Origin: Paecilomyces variotii
Taxonomy: Eukaryota
Reading direction: 5' to 3' (one strand)
DNA length: 64,000 nt
Assembly: GCA_004022145.1 (NCBI GenBank)
Contig: RCNU01000005.1
A program made the translations under genes and the position numbers. Shown piece after piece: positions 1-12,949 of this stretch. The number at the start of each line of letters is the position of its first letter. Position 1 is the first letter of the stretch. The notes below the pieces were generated by a model, which did not search any database, was not told the origin of the DNA, and saw only the letters and a list, made by a program, of their open reading frames with translations.

Positions 1-648
1 TATAAGAGATTATTTCAAGGCATCCTCTCATTGTCTTTCCCACCATGTCCCTCTTAATAATGTCGCTCATTTGCTTCTGACTGAGAGTAGACCAAGGAGA
101 AAAAGAAAATGAGTTTGACGTACGGTTACACACATGATTCTGACTGAGCGCGAGGGGGACGGGGATATCCAGCTTGTAAAATGAACAACACATGAAATCA
201 CAGAGAAAAAAAAGTGATGCAAAGAGAGCTTTGAACAAGACAGAAAGTGAAAATAAAAAAAAAGATGATATGGAGAAGATAAAATAAACTGGGGCTACGG
301 GGAAAAGGAGCACACACAGGAAATTTTAGACGTGAAACTCTGGCATCCACTGGCATCCCGGGAGCTCATGGTGCAACATAAATCCCTCCGCCATAGTCAT
401 GTGATGACACCTGGACTGGTGTTGACAGTGCGACAAAAACCGACCAGATCTCATCTCGAGCGCAAATCACGGGAAGTAAATGTCTCAACGCCAGTAATTT
501 TAAATGAAACAAGGAAATGACAAGTGAGGTATGGTATGAGAAACAGGGTAATAGGAGACGGCGACAGTGATATCAAATTACGAGGCCACATATGTGTGTG
601 GTCTGATCTGCGACATATCCTCACCGAGCCAAGCTTCTTCGACGGTCA

Positions 649-1932
649 TTAGATCAGACCACAGAGTCTGAGATTTTCTTGGATGATGATATCTAGACAA
701 ATGAGTCAGCACTATAGCTCACATAAAGGGCTCGAGAGCGAGGATATGTATACGTACCATTGACTGCAGCCATGACGAACCGGATCTGGGTCGTATCCGT
801 GGCGCAGGTGAAGTGAGTATAGATCTGCTTCTGCTCTGCCTGGTTCAGAGAGACGAATCGGTTGAGGATGTAGTCGCAAGCGGCTGCGTAGTCGGCACCA
901 CCCTCATAGTCTGGGAAGTAGTTCTTCATAGGGCTAATGGGGAGCTTCTCCTTGAAACGGTCGATCTTGTTCAGGAAGAGAATGATCGAGGTCTTGATGA
1001 ACCATCTGGAGTTGCAGATGGAGTCGAATAGGGTGAGCGCCTCCTGCATACGGTTGACCGTCTCATCTTCAAAGAGCAGTTGGTCGTACTCGGAAATGGC
1101 GACCAGGAACAGAATCGTGGTGACGTTCTCGAAGCAGTGGATCCACTTCTTACGTTCGGATCGCTGACCACCAACATCGAACATACGGTAGGTCAGGTCA
1201 CCAATGATGAAAGTAGTCTCGGTGATACCGGTGGTCTTGACACGGGAGCGGAGCACATCCTGGTCATCGGGCATGTAGTCAGGTTGAGCGATCCGGTCAA
1301 TGGAGTCGAAGTAACTACAGGATAGTGGTTAGTTATCAATCCTTCGCAGCGACTGCAGGCGCGCCCGGTTCTTTATCAGGAATCATACTATTTGGCCGAG
1401 TCATTCAGCTGGTACTCGCGAGACCGCTTGAAGCACTCCTGGACGCCAGCGTCCTGCCAGAGGGCTTTGATGGCCGCGCCAACCTCGGGTGGTAGGCTGT
1501 CACCTTCAATCTGAGCGGGCTGCATGAAGATGGTCTGGACGTGGTACTCTGCGCGCTGGTCCTCCAGAGGCAGCTCCAACGACTCCATCGCCTCCAGAAT
1601 TACCCGCATCGACTGGACCGTGTTGCTGAAGATGATCTCTTTGAACGATTCCCGCTCATCCCGTGAGTAACCGCCCTCATGGATTAGCTTCATCTGCTTC
1701 AAGATGGTCGATTTACCCGACTCTCCCGCACCTAGAAATCCTCGTCAGAGACCATTCGACTCTTCTTCTCCCGCTATGTTTTCCCTCTCCGCTTGCGTCG
1801 ACAGGGGCACGTACCGAGCAGCAGCATCTTGATCTCGTTCCTCTGCATCATCTTATCCCGCTTCAGCTGGTTTTCGATCTCCTCATTGCGGGCCTTGCCC
1901 TCCTTATCCTCTGTGCTCATTCCACAACCCAT
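649..1932 (-). CDS. fadA: Heterotrimeric G protein alpha subunit, group I (Gi-like); 4 coding exons (1932-1815, 1731-1389, 1314-758, 692-649)
   Basis: The spliced product starts [48 protein letters not shown], contains [12 protein letters not shown] and TCATDT, and ends [13 protein letters not shown]. All introns are GT-AG. Confidence 0.97.
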
Positions 1933-2037
1933 CTTGACAGATTCGTTTCAGGTCGTCTCGAACACTCGTAGAAAGATTAGTCTCGCTGGTGGAGAGTTTA
2001 TTTCTGTGATGTCGACGACGGTCGGATAGACGGACAG

Positions 2038-2339
2038 CTGCGGGGGAAAAAAACAAGCAGTGTCAGTGGCAGAGATCCCCAAAATGCACACAACAGCGAT
2101 GAAACAACGCCAATGTTCAACGTTGTACGGAGAATGGCTGCTGAGAAAGCGGATTGTTCCGTTTCGGGAAGGGCGCAGGACGCAAGGAGGTCGGCCCAGC
2201 GACTGCGCGACGCAGCTTTCTTCTGATGAGGCTGGCGGTTGAGATTCCGAGGTCTGGAAAACCCAGTGTGAAGGGGGGAACCGGAACCAGATTGGGGAGG
2301 GAAGAAGCGATGGATGTTTTCCAGAAGACGACTACTTAC
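2038..2339 (-). other. Predicted 302-nt intron in the fadA 5' UTR
   Basis: Minus-strand donor GTAAGT at 2339, branch site CTGAC near 2066-2062, polypyrimidine tract and CAG acceptor at 2038. Confidence 0.65.
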
Positions 2340-5300
2340 ATTCCTGTCCTGGTCTCGAGAAACGCAGCAATCGGCCAGAGGCGCAATGAGTGAATGGGGG
2401 CGATAATTCCAAGCTCCCAGGGGGGGCGTAAGCTGCGAAAAGTCTAATAATTTCCTCCCAAGGGGGGGCTGTTGAGAAACGATGGAAGAAGAAGGAGATT
2501 GGGAAAAGCGTAGAGAAAATACACCCACGACAGAGGGGCGAATATGAGATTAGATCTCCCCAGGTCGACGAAGAGAAAGGGAGGAGGGGAGAATAATGAT
2601 TAGAGTAAGAGTAGTAAGGGCAGTCGGGGAAGAAAGGGTGTTGAGAAAGGGACCGTTCAGTAAGTAGGAGAAGGAGAGCGGATGGGATCGAATAGGATTT
2701 GGGGAGTCGCCTGGGTGGACAGTAGGGGGGGGAAGAGGGACAGGATACGGTTAGCTTAGCTGGACTTAGTTTCGGCGCAGAATAACTAATGGATGCAATC
2801 AATCAATCAGTTCAGTCCCAGTGGGTTCTTCATTGCCCTCTCTCTCGACTCTCGACTCTTTTCTCGTTTCGCGTATCCGGGAGCGGAATTAGCATCAGCC
2901 TAGTCTACTCTGGATACTCTCTCCGTACTCTACATACTGTAATAATAATAATACTAATAACTTTCTCTCTCTCTCTTCTCTCTCGTCCTGCTCGAACTGA
3001 GGCCAACAGGATCCCTCCGGCCCGAAAGTCAAAAAAAAGGCGAAAAAAAAGCGTCTCTGAGCGTAAGGGGTCAGGGGCCAGTGCCCGCCAATCAGCACTC
3101 AATCCACTCTGCCTTGTTATCGCCAACTCCGAGACGATGGCCTCAGCTTCGTCCAGACTCTCCAGCCTGTTGTTCATCGTTCGTTCGTCGATTCTCTCCT
3201 GAATGCCCTTCCCAGTGAGATAGGACTGCAGATCTGACCCTAAGATGTCCATGTGCGCGGAGCCTCCAACGTTCTACCATCCCCTGGGGATCCGTCTGAA
3301 AATCCACGAGGTTACGGCAGATAGTTCACTTAGCTGCTCCTGAGCCAGCACCTACTTTAAACTACGCCTGGACGAGAACCATCTACCACTGGCTATCATC
3401 GACTCTATTCATTGTCGATGAACAGATGATTTCTGCACCTCACACTGCACAGAAACCACAGTTCGGTGGTCTTTCGTCCGGCACGGTGCGCCAATAATGG
3501 CCGGAGACGACTGGTGACGGGACCAGATCGCCAGGGGTATGCGCGCCCCAGTTCCTCTCTTGTTTCGTCCTTTCGAAGGCTTAACTATCGCTACCCGTCT
3601 TTCTAGAAGCCAGGCTGCCTCTCCCGTCTCGGCTGCGTTCAGTCCTCTGCGGACATCCCCATGGATCCCTTTCCGCCCGCTGCCATCCAGCAATAATAAT
3701 AATATAAAAATCATCATAAATCATATTTCTCATTCCCGGGAAGCCGTTACGCAACGGTGGAAAACCGGATACTGGTCGAATAACGGCGTAGAATGGATCT
3801 CGTCAAGACAGAATCTCCACCCGGCGGAGACGATGGTTCTGCCACCGTTCTGCGCGGCGCGCCAGGTCTTCTCGAAACGACCCGTCTTGCTCCTCTATCT
3901 AACCCTTTTTCGGGCCCTCCATAGCCTGTCCGCTGTCCCCGTAAGCGACTTGACCAGCAGGATTGCCTCGTGGCGACTCCAGCGTGGAGGACGCTATCGC
4001 TAACCGGCCTCCCTTGACTACTGACTAGGAGTCGGTTATACTTCTAAGTTCTGTCTGTCAGCGGATAAATAGGCCTAATACCAAGGTATTCTTCCCGTAT
4101 CCGCTCAGTACTCATAAGGAGCCGTACGAGACTACGACGATCTTCACGCAAGTGACAACCAACTACTCCGTAACTGCCACGAGAATCCTCTGTGTAACTA
4201 TGGAGCAGGGGGTTCATCTACGAGTTCGTGAATCCAGGGATATATTGTGGAGTCCACCTCAGATTCACCAAGCAATTGTCAGAGATCTATCATCATGCCT
4301 CGGTTCAACAGAGACATTACTCTATAAGGAGCGAGGGAAAACCAAGCGTTAGAGACATTGCTGTCAACAGTGTCCCGTGAACGGAAAGTAAAACAAAACG
4401 ATGAGAGCATAGAAATTATGGCGACTATCTACTCCATACAGTGTATTGCAGTGGGCATAACGGTTGGAAAGCCCTTCGACAGCAAATCATGCCTCTTGTG
4501 CATCCAAATTGGTCAATGACATCATCAACGCATAACAGCGTGACTTACAGTGGGCATTATTATTATTATTTTTATTTTATTCTTACTGAAGTACTACTAA
4601 CTAACTAGAGCACTTTAATATTACCATATTAAGCCCATGGATCAATTCAGCCCTTGTGGTCCAGATGACGGGCAGGGAACCCCTTGCGGTCGGTTGGCTA
4701 CGGATATCTCGATCCACCAGCTGACGCATCGCTGGGCACCGTATCTATTCTAATTCATCGTTCACCACTGAACTCCATACTCTATACGGAGTAGTACGAC
4801 TCATGCTCTAAGCAAAAGAACGACCCACCGAATGCAGATGAGACGAGCGCCAGTCACTACACGTGTCAGACCTTACTATATCTACGCAGCCCTATCTCTC
4901 CTCACTGCAGGGTACAGGCCATGATGAACTTCATTATATTAATGCCTGTCTTGTCACCCTGCTATAAGTTACTCCGAGTCCGAAACAAGATACAAGATAC
5001 GAATCATATAATTGGCCCCATTATTTGACCCTTTTTCTTCTTCTTGCAAGGATGACGACCAAATAACGATCTGAAGTTTTACTCTCCTCCGCATGAAACT
5101 CTCCTTTTTTTATTTTTTTTTTTTCTGGAATGCTCAGTTTTGTTTCAGGGATCGACTAACACATGAAACCTCTGCTTCAATGCATAGCCAAGCATCCTGT
5201 TCCCGAAATAGCCGCGCTGTGTTACGTTCTTTTCCAGAAGAAATCCGTTACACACCGGGACATCTCAACAACTAGTTACTACAAGCCTTAAGGACGGTAC

Positions 5301-5890
5301 TCCGTAACTAAACTAGATGGCCCGTGATACATACCTAAGTCAGATGATAGTATCTCCGTGAAGAACGAATTTTGTATCAATTTGTTCTTATACTGTAGAT
5401 CTCAATACCAATTCTCAAATATAAAGCGATAGATGTGAAGTATATATGCAACACTGATAATTCCACTGTAACTATGCATTGAGTAGATTACTCTACCTAG
5501 GTGGTTGAAGCTCGGTGGCCATCACGTGAGAAAAAGTCTGGCCAAATAGTCGCACAGCGTTCTGTAGCTGGTATGACGGCACAATCAAGTCAATAATATG
5601 TAGCTACCCAGCAGCATTCCTAGAATCAGTTCCGGTTCCGTGTACAGTAGTTAATAGCGGAAGTCCCCCCCAGAAAGAAGCCAAATTTAGTCCTTTCGGG
5701 ACGATCCCGGATAATATCAAATTGAAAGACATGTGATTCTGAGTAACCTAGGTCTCCGCAGTATTTCAGCGGTTGTTCGTCCACAGCATTATATGTACAT
5801 ACACACAAGAGGTATTTCAGAAGATGATAGACCAATACGAACGGGAAAAGGCTGACGAGGCTACCTAATCTACCGTGAAGAACATCCGTC

Positions 5891-8060
5891 ATGGCTTCGA
5901 ACGAGAAGGGTACCATCATCGACGAGTATCCTGTCCCTTCCTACAGCCAAGTAGCGTGTGTTGGTACGGGCCTTAGTGCCATTGCACTTGGAGCGACGTT
6001 GAAGAGATGGTACGATAATGATGATATTCGCTTTTTCGAGCGCCAGTCCGACTGCGGCGGAACTTGGTTCATCAATTCTTATCCCGGTGTGTTCCCTCAC
6101 GAATGTACTGTATGTACATATAGTACAGCCTTACTCCTTAGCTTAGGTAGGTTGCTTGATTCTAATTTCTTACCAGGATGCGCTTGCGATGTTCCAAGTG
6201 CTCTATACAGCTTCTCATTCGCTTTGAATCCCAACTGGACCAAATTGATGCCATCCAATAAAGAGATAAAAGAATACCATGATGGCGTGGTGAAACAATA
6301 CGGCTTGCGCGAGAAGATGGTTTTCCATACCGAAGTGCGTAAGTGTGTTTGGCGAGATGATGCGAACTGTTGGCTGCTCTTCTTGATCGACCTTGAGACT
6401 GGAAACTTGTATACGCATGAATGCCAAATCCTATTCGCGGCAACGGGCCAATTGATTGAACCTCGACCCTGCGATTTTCCAGGCGCATCGGCTTTCAAGG
6501 GGACCATCTTCCATTCTGCAAGATGGGACCACAGCGTCAATCTAGAAGGAAAGAACGTTGTCGTTGTTGGTAATGGATGTGAGTTGTGGATTTAGTAATC
6601 GTTTTTCATCTAACTAGTTACTTCGAATTATTAGCTAACCAGGGTAATATTTCAGGTACTGCAACTCAGATTGTACCTTCGATCGTGAAGAAGACAAAAT
6701 CATTGACTCAAATAGTCCGAAGCAAGCATTGGGTTTTCCCCGCTCACAACTTCCATTACCCGAAGATAGTGTCTTGGATTCTTCGCCATGTGCCCTTTGC
6801 TATGAGGCTCCATCGTTTCCATGTGTTCCTCGTAGCTGAGAACGGTTGGCGCCTTTTCCCAATGACAAAATCGGCTGCGAGGTTTCGAGAGAAAACGCAA
6901 CGGACGATAGAGAACTACACGAGGAAAACTGCTCCAGAGAAATACCATGACATTCTTATCCCGGACTTTGATGTCGGCTGCAAGGTGAATCTCCCCTGAC
7001 GGTCATGATTGTATCATAGTTATTTGGACTACATATTCACTTACACCTGGTAGCGTCGCATATTCGATTGCGGGTATCTCAAATCTCTGCATGACGATAA
7101 CTTGCTCTTGACGGACGCCAGAATTACGGAAATCATACCCGAGGGTGTGAAGACTACAGACGGTATTATACCAGCCGATGTGATTGTATTAGCGACTGGG
7201 TTCCAAACCAACAAATTTACTTCTTACATGGCCGTTCACGGACGAGAGGGCACCATCGAAGATCATTGGGCACGATACGATGGCCCCGAAGCCTACAATT
7301 GCTCGACTTTGAGTGGATTTCCGAATTTCTTTATACTACTAGGCCCGAACTCCGCAACAGGACACACTTCCGCACTGATAGCGGCCGAAAAGTGAGCAAG
7401 GTCCTATCGAATTCCATGCTCCTACTCCATGACACATGCTGACCTATCCTATTGGAGTAGTTCTGTAAATTATGCCCTCCGCATAATGGAACCTGTCCTG
7501 AATGGAAATGCCGCAGCGGCCGAGGTCAAACAGGAGGCGGAAGATGCCTACGCTCATGAAGTTCAATCGGCTCTGCAGAACCGCGTCTGGAACGCTGGCT
7601 GCTCTTCTGTAGGTTCAAACTTCCAAGTAACGCATTCGTCTACCTACCAGGGGCTGCTCGGGATCTGATTTTGTACTGTTACCTAGTGGTATATCAACGA
7701 GAAGAAGTGGAACTCCATGTCCTATCCGTGGACTCAGGCACATTACTGGTATCGCAGCTTGTTCCCAGTGTGGTCTGATTGGAAAATCAAAGTATGTCCA
7801 CACTATATCGAATGCCTATTCATCTCTGGTTAATATGATGAGGAATGGCCGTTGACAAAATACCTCTCTAGCGCACCCGTAGAAGCTCAGGGATCAGGAC
7901 CAGCCATTACTTATTACTCTTACTCGTCGTCAGCGGCACCTGGGTATCCCTACTTGAGCGGCATCCCAGTCTGAAGGATTCGTTGTCGGGGAAAGGACTT
8001 ATAGACGCGGCCAGAGCGGTGATAGGATACTTTAAAAGGACTGTCTCATGGCTCTCTTGA
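5891..8060 (+). CDS. Flavin-containing monooxygenase, Baeyer-Villiger type, multi-exon, with a hydrophobic C-terminal segment
   Basis: GGTWFINSYPG|CACDVPS, BVMO fingerprint FKGTIFHSARWD, Rossmann motifs VGTGLSA and VVGNGCTA, and DVIVLATGF. The last exon 7872-8060 ends RTVSWLS*. Confidence 0.9.
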
Positions 8061-8670
8061 ACAACAGTAGTTGACAAGTTGGATTTCTCATTGCTATTAC
8101 GGCTTGAAGGAGGTTTCGCGCAAAATATTTTGGAATTGGAATCTACAGTGAAAATCTGGAACTTTAAACTCTTATCCTGCAACTTCATAGTATGGGGCAC
8201 TAACAAAGTCTGCTGAAACCATAATTTATATCAAGTCACCAATTAAATACATACAACTACAAGATGTGCACCTCAACCCACTGATCTGGCGCGTCGGATC
8301 CCGCAGCATCATGCTAATAATCAAACAATAATACCATGCATCAAAATCACTTACACCCGACATCCGGTTCCTTACCAACTCGGGTGTTCCTGATCATCCA
8401 TCCAGATCTGTGTTCCCTTTTTCGGCGCTTTTAGCGGCGATCCGAGAGCCCACATTTATACACCGACCCATTGGTCCAGGATCGATTTATCGTCCGATAA
8501 ATGGATCCACGAGCTGGCTTGGCACGGGGAAACTAGCGATTAGTTAAATGAACCTGCGGCGCTTCAGCTGCTCGATTTTGAAATGCGACATTACAATTAC
8601 TCTTCTTCTCTTCACGATTCTGATTGTTCGCGGGATCTAGCAGGCGGGTTTGCCTATACGTTTTATCAAG

Positions 8671-9731
8671 ATGTCGCATGAAATGTCATACATGGGCTCG
8701 AGGGGTGAGTTGACATTGACATTGACATTGACATTGACATTGACATTGACATTGACATAATCGGAATTGCAATTGCGATTGCGATTAAGAAAACGCACTG
8801 ATTGATTGATTGATTGATTGACTGACTCGATTCGTTATCGATCGCAGCCCTGAATCACTCGCAGAATGACTCTGCCGAAGCGGAATATGATCGCCTGCGA
8901 GACCTCGCGCGACAGGAAGCCAGGAAGCGTGGAGAGTGCTTTGACAAGGTATGCTACCTATAGTTAGGCCGCAACGACAAAATGCGTTAAAACCAGGAGG
9001 GAAGTCTAACTTGGAGCCGGAACTGCGATTAGTCCCGACAGGCTTATGAGAATGGTGATGGTGCGCTGGCAAAGGAGCTCTCTGAGAAGGGTAAAGCCCA
9101 CGGTCTCAAGATGGAAGAGTATAACCGTCAGGCATCCGAGTTTATTTTCCGTGAGAACAATGCGCCGGGACGGGTTGCTCCAGATACTATCGACCTACAC
9201 GGCCAATTCGTGGAGGAAGCTGAGGATATCCTGGAGGAGAGAATCAAATATGCCAAGGCGCATGGACAGAACCATTTGCATGTGTGAGTTTTTTCCCGGA
9301 AGATTAGCAGATTGTGTTTGTCAGAAAAGAAACCATGCTGATCAGATGCCCCCTTGAACAGGATCGTTGGCAAAGGAAACCACTCTGTCAACCACATTCA
9401 AAAAATCAAGCCCCGCGTCGAGCAGGTCTGTCAACAACTAGGTCTGCAATATGCCACAGAGGAAAATGCCGGACGTATCTATGTCAACTTGACTGGCGGG
9501 CCAGCCGAAATGCCCCAGTACGACAGCCACCCACAGTATCCAAGCACCGAAACCGGCACATATCAACCTTCTCATCCGTCTCATCAACAACCGCATCAGT
9601 ACCCGCAACAACAGAACCACCAACAACAACAGCAGCAGCCACAGCAGGAGGACGAGATCGAGCAACTTGTCGAGAAGGTCTTGCCCCGCGTGCTGCGCAA
9701 GCTGGAAAAGGCTTGCTGTACAATTATGTGA
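8671..9731 (+). CDS. DUF1771 + Smr domain protein (putative endonuclease, yeast YPL199C-like) with a Gln-rich linker and C-terminal CCTIM
   Basis: Spliced product MSHEMSYMGSRALNHSQ...EYDRLRDLARQEA...SRQAYENGDGALAKELS...TIDLHGQFVEEA...HVIVGKGNHS. The Smr motifs DLHG and GKGxHS are intact. Poly-Q codons lie at 9621-9647. Confidence 0.9.
8710..8757 (+). repeat. (TTGACA)8 microsatellite in intron 1 of the Smr gene
   Basis: Eight perfect tandem copies counted directly, starting at the last base of the GTGAGT donor. Confidence 0.97.
8799..8826 (+). repeat. (TGAT)5(TGAC)2 microsatellite in the same intron
   Basis: Counted directly. Confidence 0.9.
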
Positions 9732-10504
9732 TGGGTTCCGACCATTCTTTGGGCACTTTTTTCTATGACCTTTGGATACGATTTCGAGATCCCGCCCTGC
9801 GCTTCCAGGATATATGGGGTGCTTTTATGGGCCTAGGTGTCGTTTCTACGAGGAACAACACAGCAATGTTCCTTTCCATTTCTGGACATGAGATGTCTCC
9901 CTGGATCGAATTTGACCGAAGGACCCGGAAGACACGCATAATAGATCTCCCCACGTCTTCAAGGATATACCCCTGGTGATTTTCCGTTTTGTTTATTTAC
10001 GCAGCTTGCTATGTTTGTGTCTTTTCTCTCACATCAGTGGAAAATCTCCGTTAGCCATTAGCCTGGGCCTCGCGCAAATATTTGAGAGGCTGGCGGTGCT
10101 TATAGAGTAGAAGCCATGGAGGCAGCAACATATCCGAAAATAAATACATCCTAGAAGGAGTTAAATAAAGACCGACCCGACAGACCTAACAGAGACAAGT
10201 AAGGAAGACCCGGTTACTGTCCTCGTCGCAGGGGGTTGACCGACATATGGAAACCAAAAGACCTTTGGGCCACATCAAGATAAAAACACATCCGTCGCCC
10301 GGTGGTTCCAACCGGACCGTCACAATTCACCTGGGCACTCCTTATCATCATCCGTAACTAGTTATAAGAGATCATCATTCTGCTCCAGCGGATATCATTG
10401 CCGTTGTAAACCAGTCGAAGATACGATTTAGCGGAAGGGGTATATATCAACAACCAAATCCAAGCACGCATGTCAAATATGGCCTCCAAAGCCGTAAACC
10501 AAGC

Positions 10505-11779
10505 TTAATCGTCTTCTCCATCTTTCAAGGTCGACTCCACGATTTTCGCGAGGATCGCTCGGATCATCGTACCTTCACTTTCGCCTTCTTTCTGTTCCCC
10601 TTCTATTTCGTCAATCAGGGCGAGAGCCTTGTCCCGCAGCCGCCTCACCACTTTTCGCGTGTATGCGAAACTACCAGTGCTTTCCATGTAGCTCACAGCG
10701 TACAGCTTCACCTCCTCGTCTTTTGTCCGCTGTTTGAGGATATTAACCAACTGGAGGTTGCTCGGGTTGGAACGGATGCTGTGGATGATGGGAAACGAAA
10801 ATTTGCCCTCCGTCAGATCCTCGCAGAGCCCCTTATTCTTGGTGTAGGTCGTGTTAGACAGGTTGAGGTAGTCATCGCAGATCTGGAAGATGAGACCCAT
10901 CACGTTGACGAGAGCGACACAGTCCCTGCAAGAAGAGCAAACGTAAGCCGATGCATTAGGCACATGCCGATTAGGGCGCGGAATCATACTTTCCGGTGTC
11001 ACTCTCAGCCTGCATCAGCTTGATAGCAAGTCTAAAGAGCCCCCCCGTCTTATTGCCAACCATCTCCAGGTAGTCATCCTCGCTGGGACATGTCAGGGTG
11101 TCACGCCAGAACAGGTCCATTCCTTGACCACGGTGGAGATTCAGCAACTCTTGAGCATATATGTCGATTGCAGCCGGGTTCTTCAGCTTCTGCACTTCCT
11201 GTAGGGCTAGGAAATAGACGTAGTTGGCCGAGTTGATCGTCTGGGCCGTCCCGAAGATGCTATGGGCAACGGGAACGCCTCTCCGTAAGATGGAATTATC
11301 TTCAACGTCATCGATTCTGTCGCGCACACATCCCCGTTAGACATGGACAGTCACGGTCACGAGGTTTCTGCTTACAATAAGGATGATGTATGGAGCATGA
11401 CAACCACCTTCGTTATGATGGCCAGGCTATCTGGGGGAACCTTCAGCCAGGCGTTGAATGCAGCGATGAATTGTCTCCGCAGATCCTTGCCTGGGTGTTG
11501 CGACATGTAGTCGTAGGGACCCATCAAGATCTTCTCTTTTTCCTCTGACCACATTCCGTCCCTGTATTTCGTCCCGTCGACACTTGATCGGTTGCGAGAA
11601 TGCTTGTAGGTGGTGTTGGTGGGCAGATTATCAGCGGCGGGGTTCATCCAGTCGTCCTCGGGGATGCCTTTCAAGCCAGCAGTTCTCGACGCGGCCTCGT
11701 GGTGATGATGGCCATTTGTAACCCCCGTCGAGCTCGTCCGCGGAGGGATCGCTGTGGGAGGTTGCAAGGATTCCGGCAT
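10505..11779 (-). CDS. Geranylgeranyl diphosphate synthase (Bts1/Al-3 type), 3 exons
   Basis: [34 protein letters not shown] (first Asp-rich motif), [33 protein letters not shown]. Confidence 0.95.
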
Positions 11780-12949
11780 CGTTGTCCAGATGTATTGTCT
11801 TGAAGGAAAGAGATGGGAGTTTGTGGCAGGCACGAGGGCTTCGTTATTCGGGGCGGGTGTGCAATGGTTGCACACCTACCTTGTGTTGGTCACACAGAGT
11901 GGATTTAGAAGCTGAAGAGTCGAATTCAGGTTAGACAGAATATTAGCAGCAAAAGGTTGAAGGAAAGATGAATAAGAACAATAAGAGGAAGAATAACAAT
12001 AATGGTAATAATGACAATAATACCCAAAATCCAGCAGAATGTCTCTGCCTGCTACGATATAGAGAGTCGAGACCGCACATGACGCAGCTGTTCGGAGTAA
12101 ACCTAAAACGAGGGGCAATCGCATGTGACTGCCCGCTAGCCCTAAAATCCGGAGTTGTTGAGGTCGTGTTTTCAAGGTGCTGCTGTCCATCCAGGTCGCA
12201 CTGTCAGACATATCTACGATTATACTGTTCCCTGACAATGTTTCAATTATCATCTGCTGTGTCTCAGTTGAAAAAGGTTCGTTGCTGGGAGCTTCTTACT
12301 GCATGCTGCAGAGTGATTGTGTGACCAATGTGTAGGTATGGCTCCAAGTCCAACAGTGCCAGAGCTCCTTGCAGAATCACCAGCACCCAAGGACCGGACT
12401 AGCAATCGGGTAACGCCCTCGATCGGCGGCTAAGAGACCATGCCAAATCGTCATGACGGACACATCTCTGTAAGGCAACGCTAGAACAACACTCGATCGC
12501 ACGAAGCCGTGTCGTGGTCCCTTTGGCATCTGCTGCTGCAAGTGTTGTACAGCGTGGTTGGTCCAGACTGGCAGTGGGGTGGGCGGTGGCAGAATTTCAC
12601 CGTGCCAACCGCCCGCGATGTTTACCTCGTTGTGGGGGATATCGGTTTACTAGTGACTGCTAACAGAGTATCTAAAGCATTTAGTATACTCGGTTTGCTT
12701 ATCCTGCTCCAGCTGTTCGCGCCAGGTCAGCGCCCAACCTCCTCAGCCTCAGCCCCAGCTCTGGCCCAGTTGCACGCGGCTGGCTGGATGCTCCATCACG
12801 TCAGGAGCTGCCGCCCGCAATCAGGTTGGCATTTCTTTTATTTGGCGGACTGCCCGTCCTCCCACGTCTCCATCCCTTCGTTCTCCTCTACCTGACGGTG
12901 AGCTTCAAATCCTCTTCAAGCTGGTTATAGGAACCAACGGTCAATCGCA

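Noticed and set aside
1998-5800. Numerous ORFs upstream of fadA
   Set aside because: Low-complexity CT/GA-rich leader and promoter sequence with no coding motifs.
6087-6176. Apparent 30-aa insertion in the BVMO ORF
   Set aside because: It is a 90-nt stop-free GT-AG intron splitting the conserved YPG|CACD motif.
8710-8760. TTGACA array as bacterial -35 boxes or a CRISPR-like array
   Set aside because: It is a spacer-less hexamer microsatellite inside a spliceosomal intron of a eukaryotic gene.
10505-11779. GGPP synthase as the core of a diterpene or indole-diterpene cluster together with the BVMO
   Set aside because: No cyclase, prenyltransferase or P450 is nearby and the neighbours are housekeeping genes. 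It fits the primary-metabolism enzyme.
8671-11779. Functional link between the CaaX-tailed Smr protein and the adjacent GGPP synthase
   Set aside because: CTIM predicts farnesylation rather than geranylgeranylation, and adjacency alone is not evidence.
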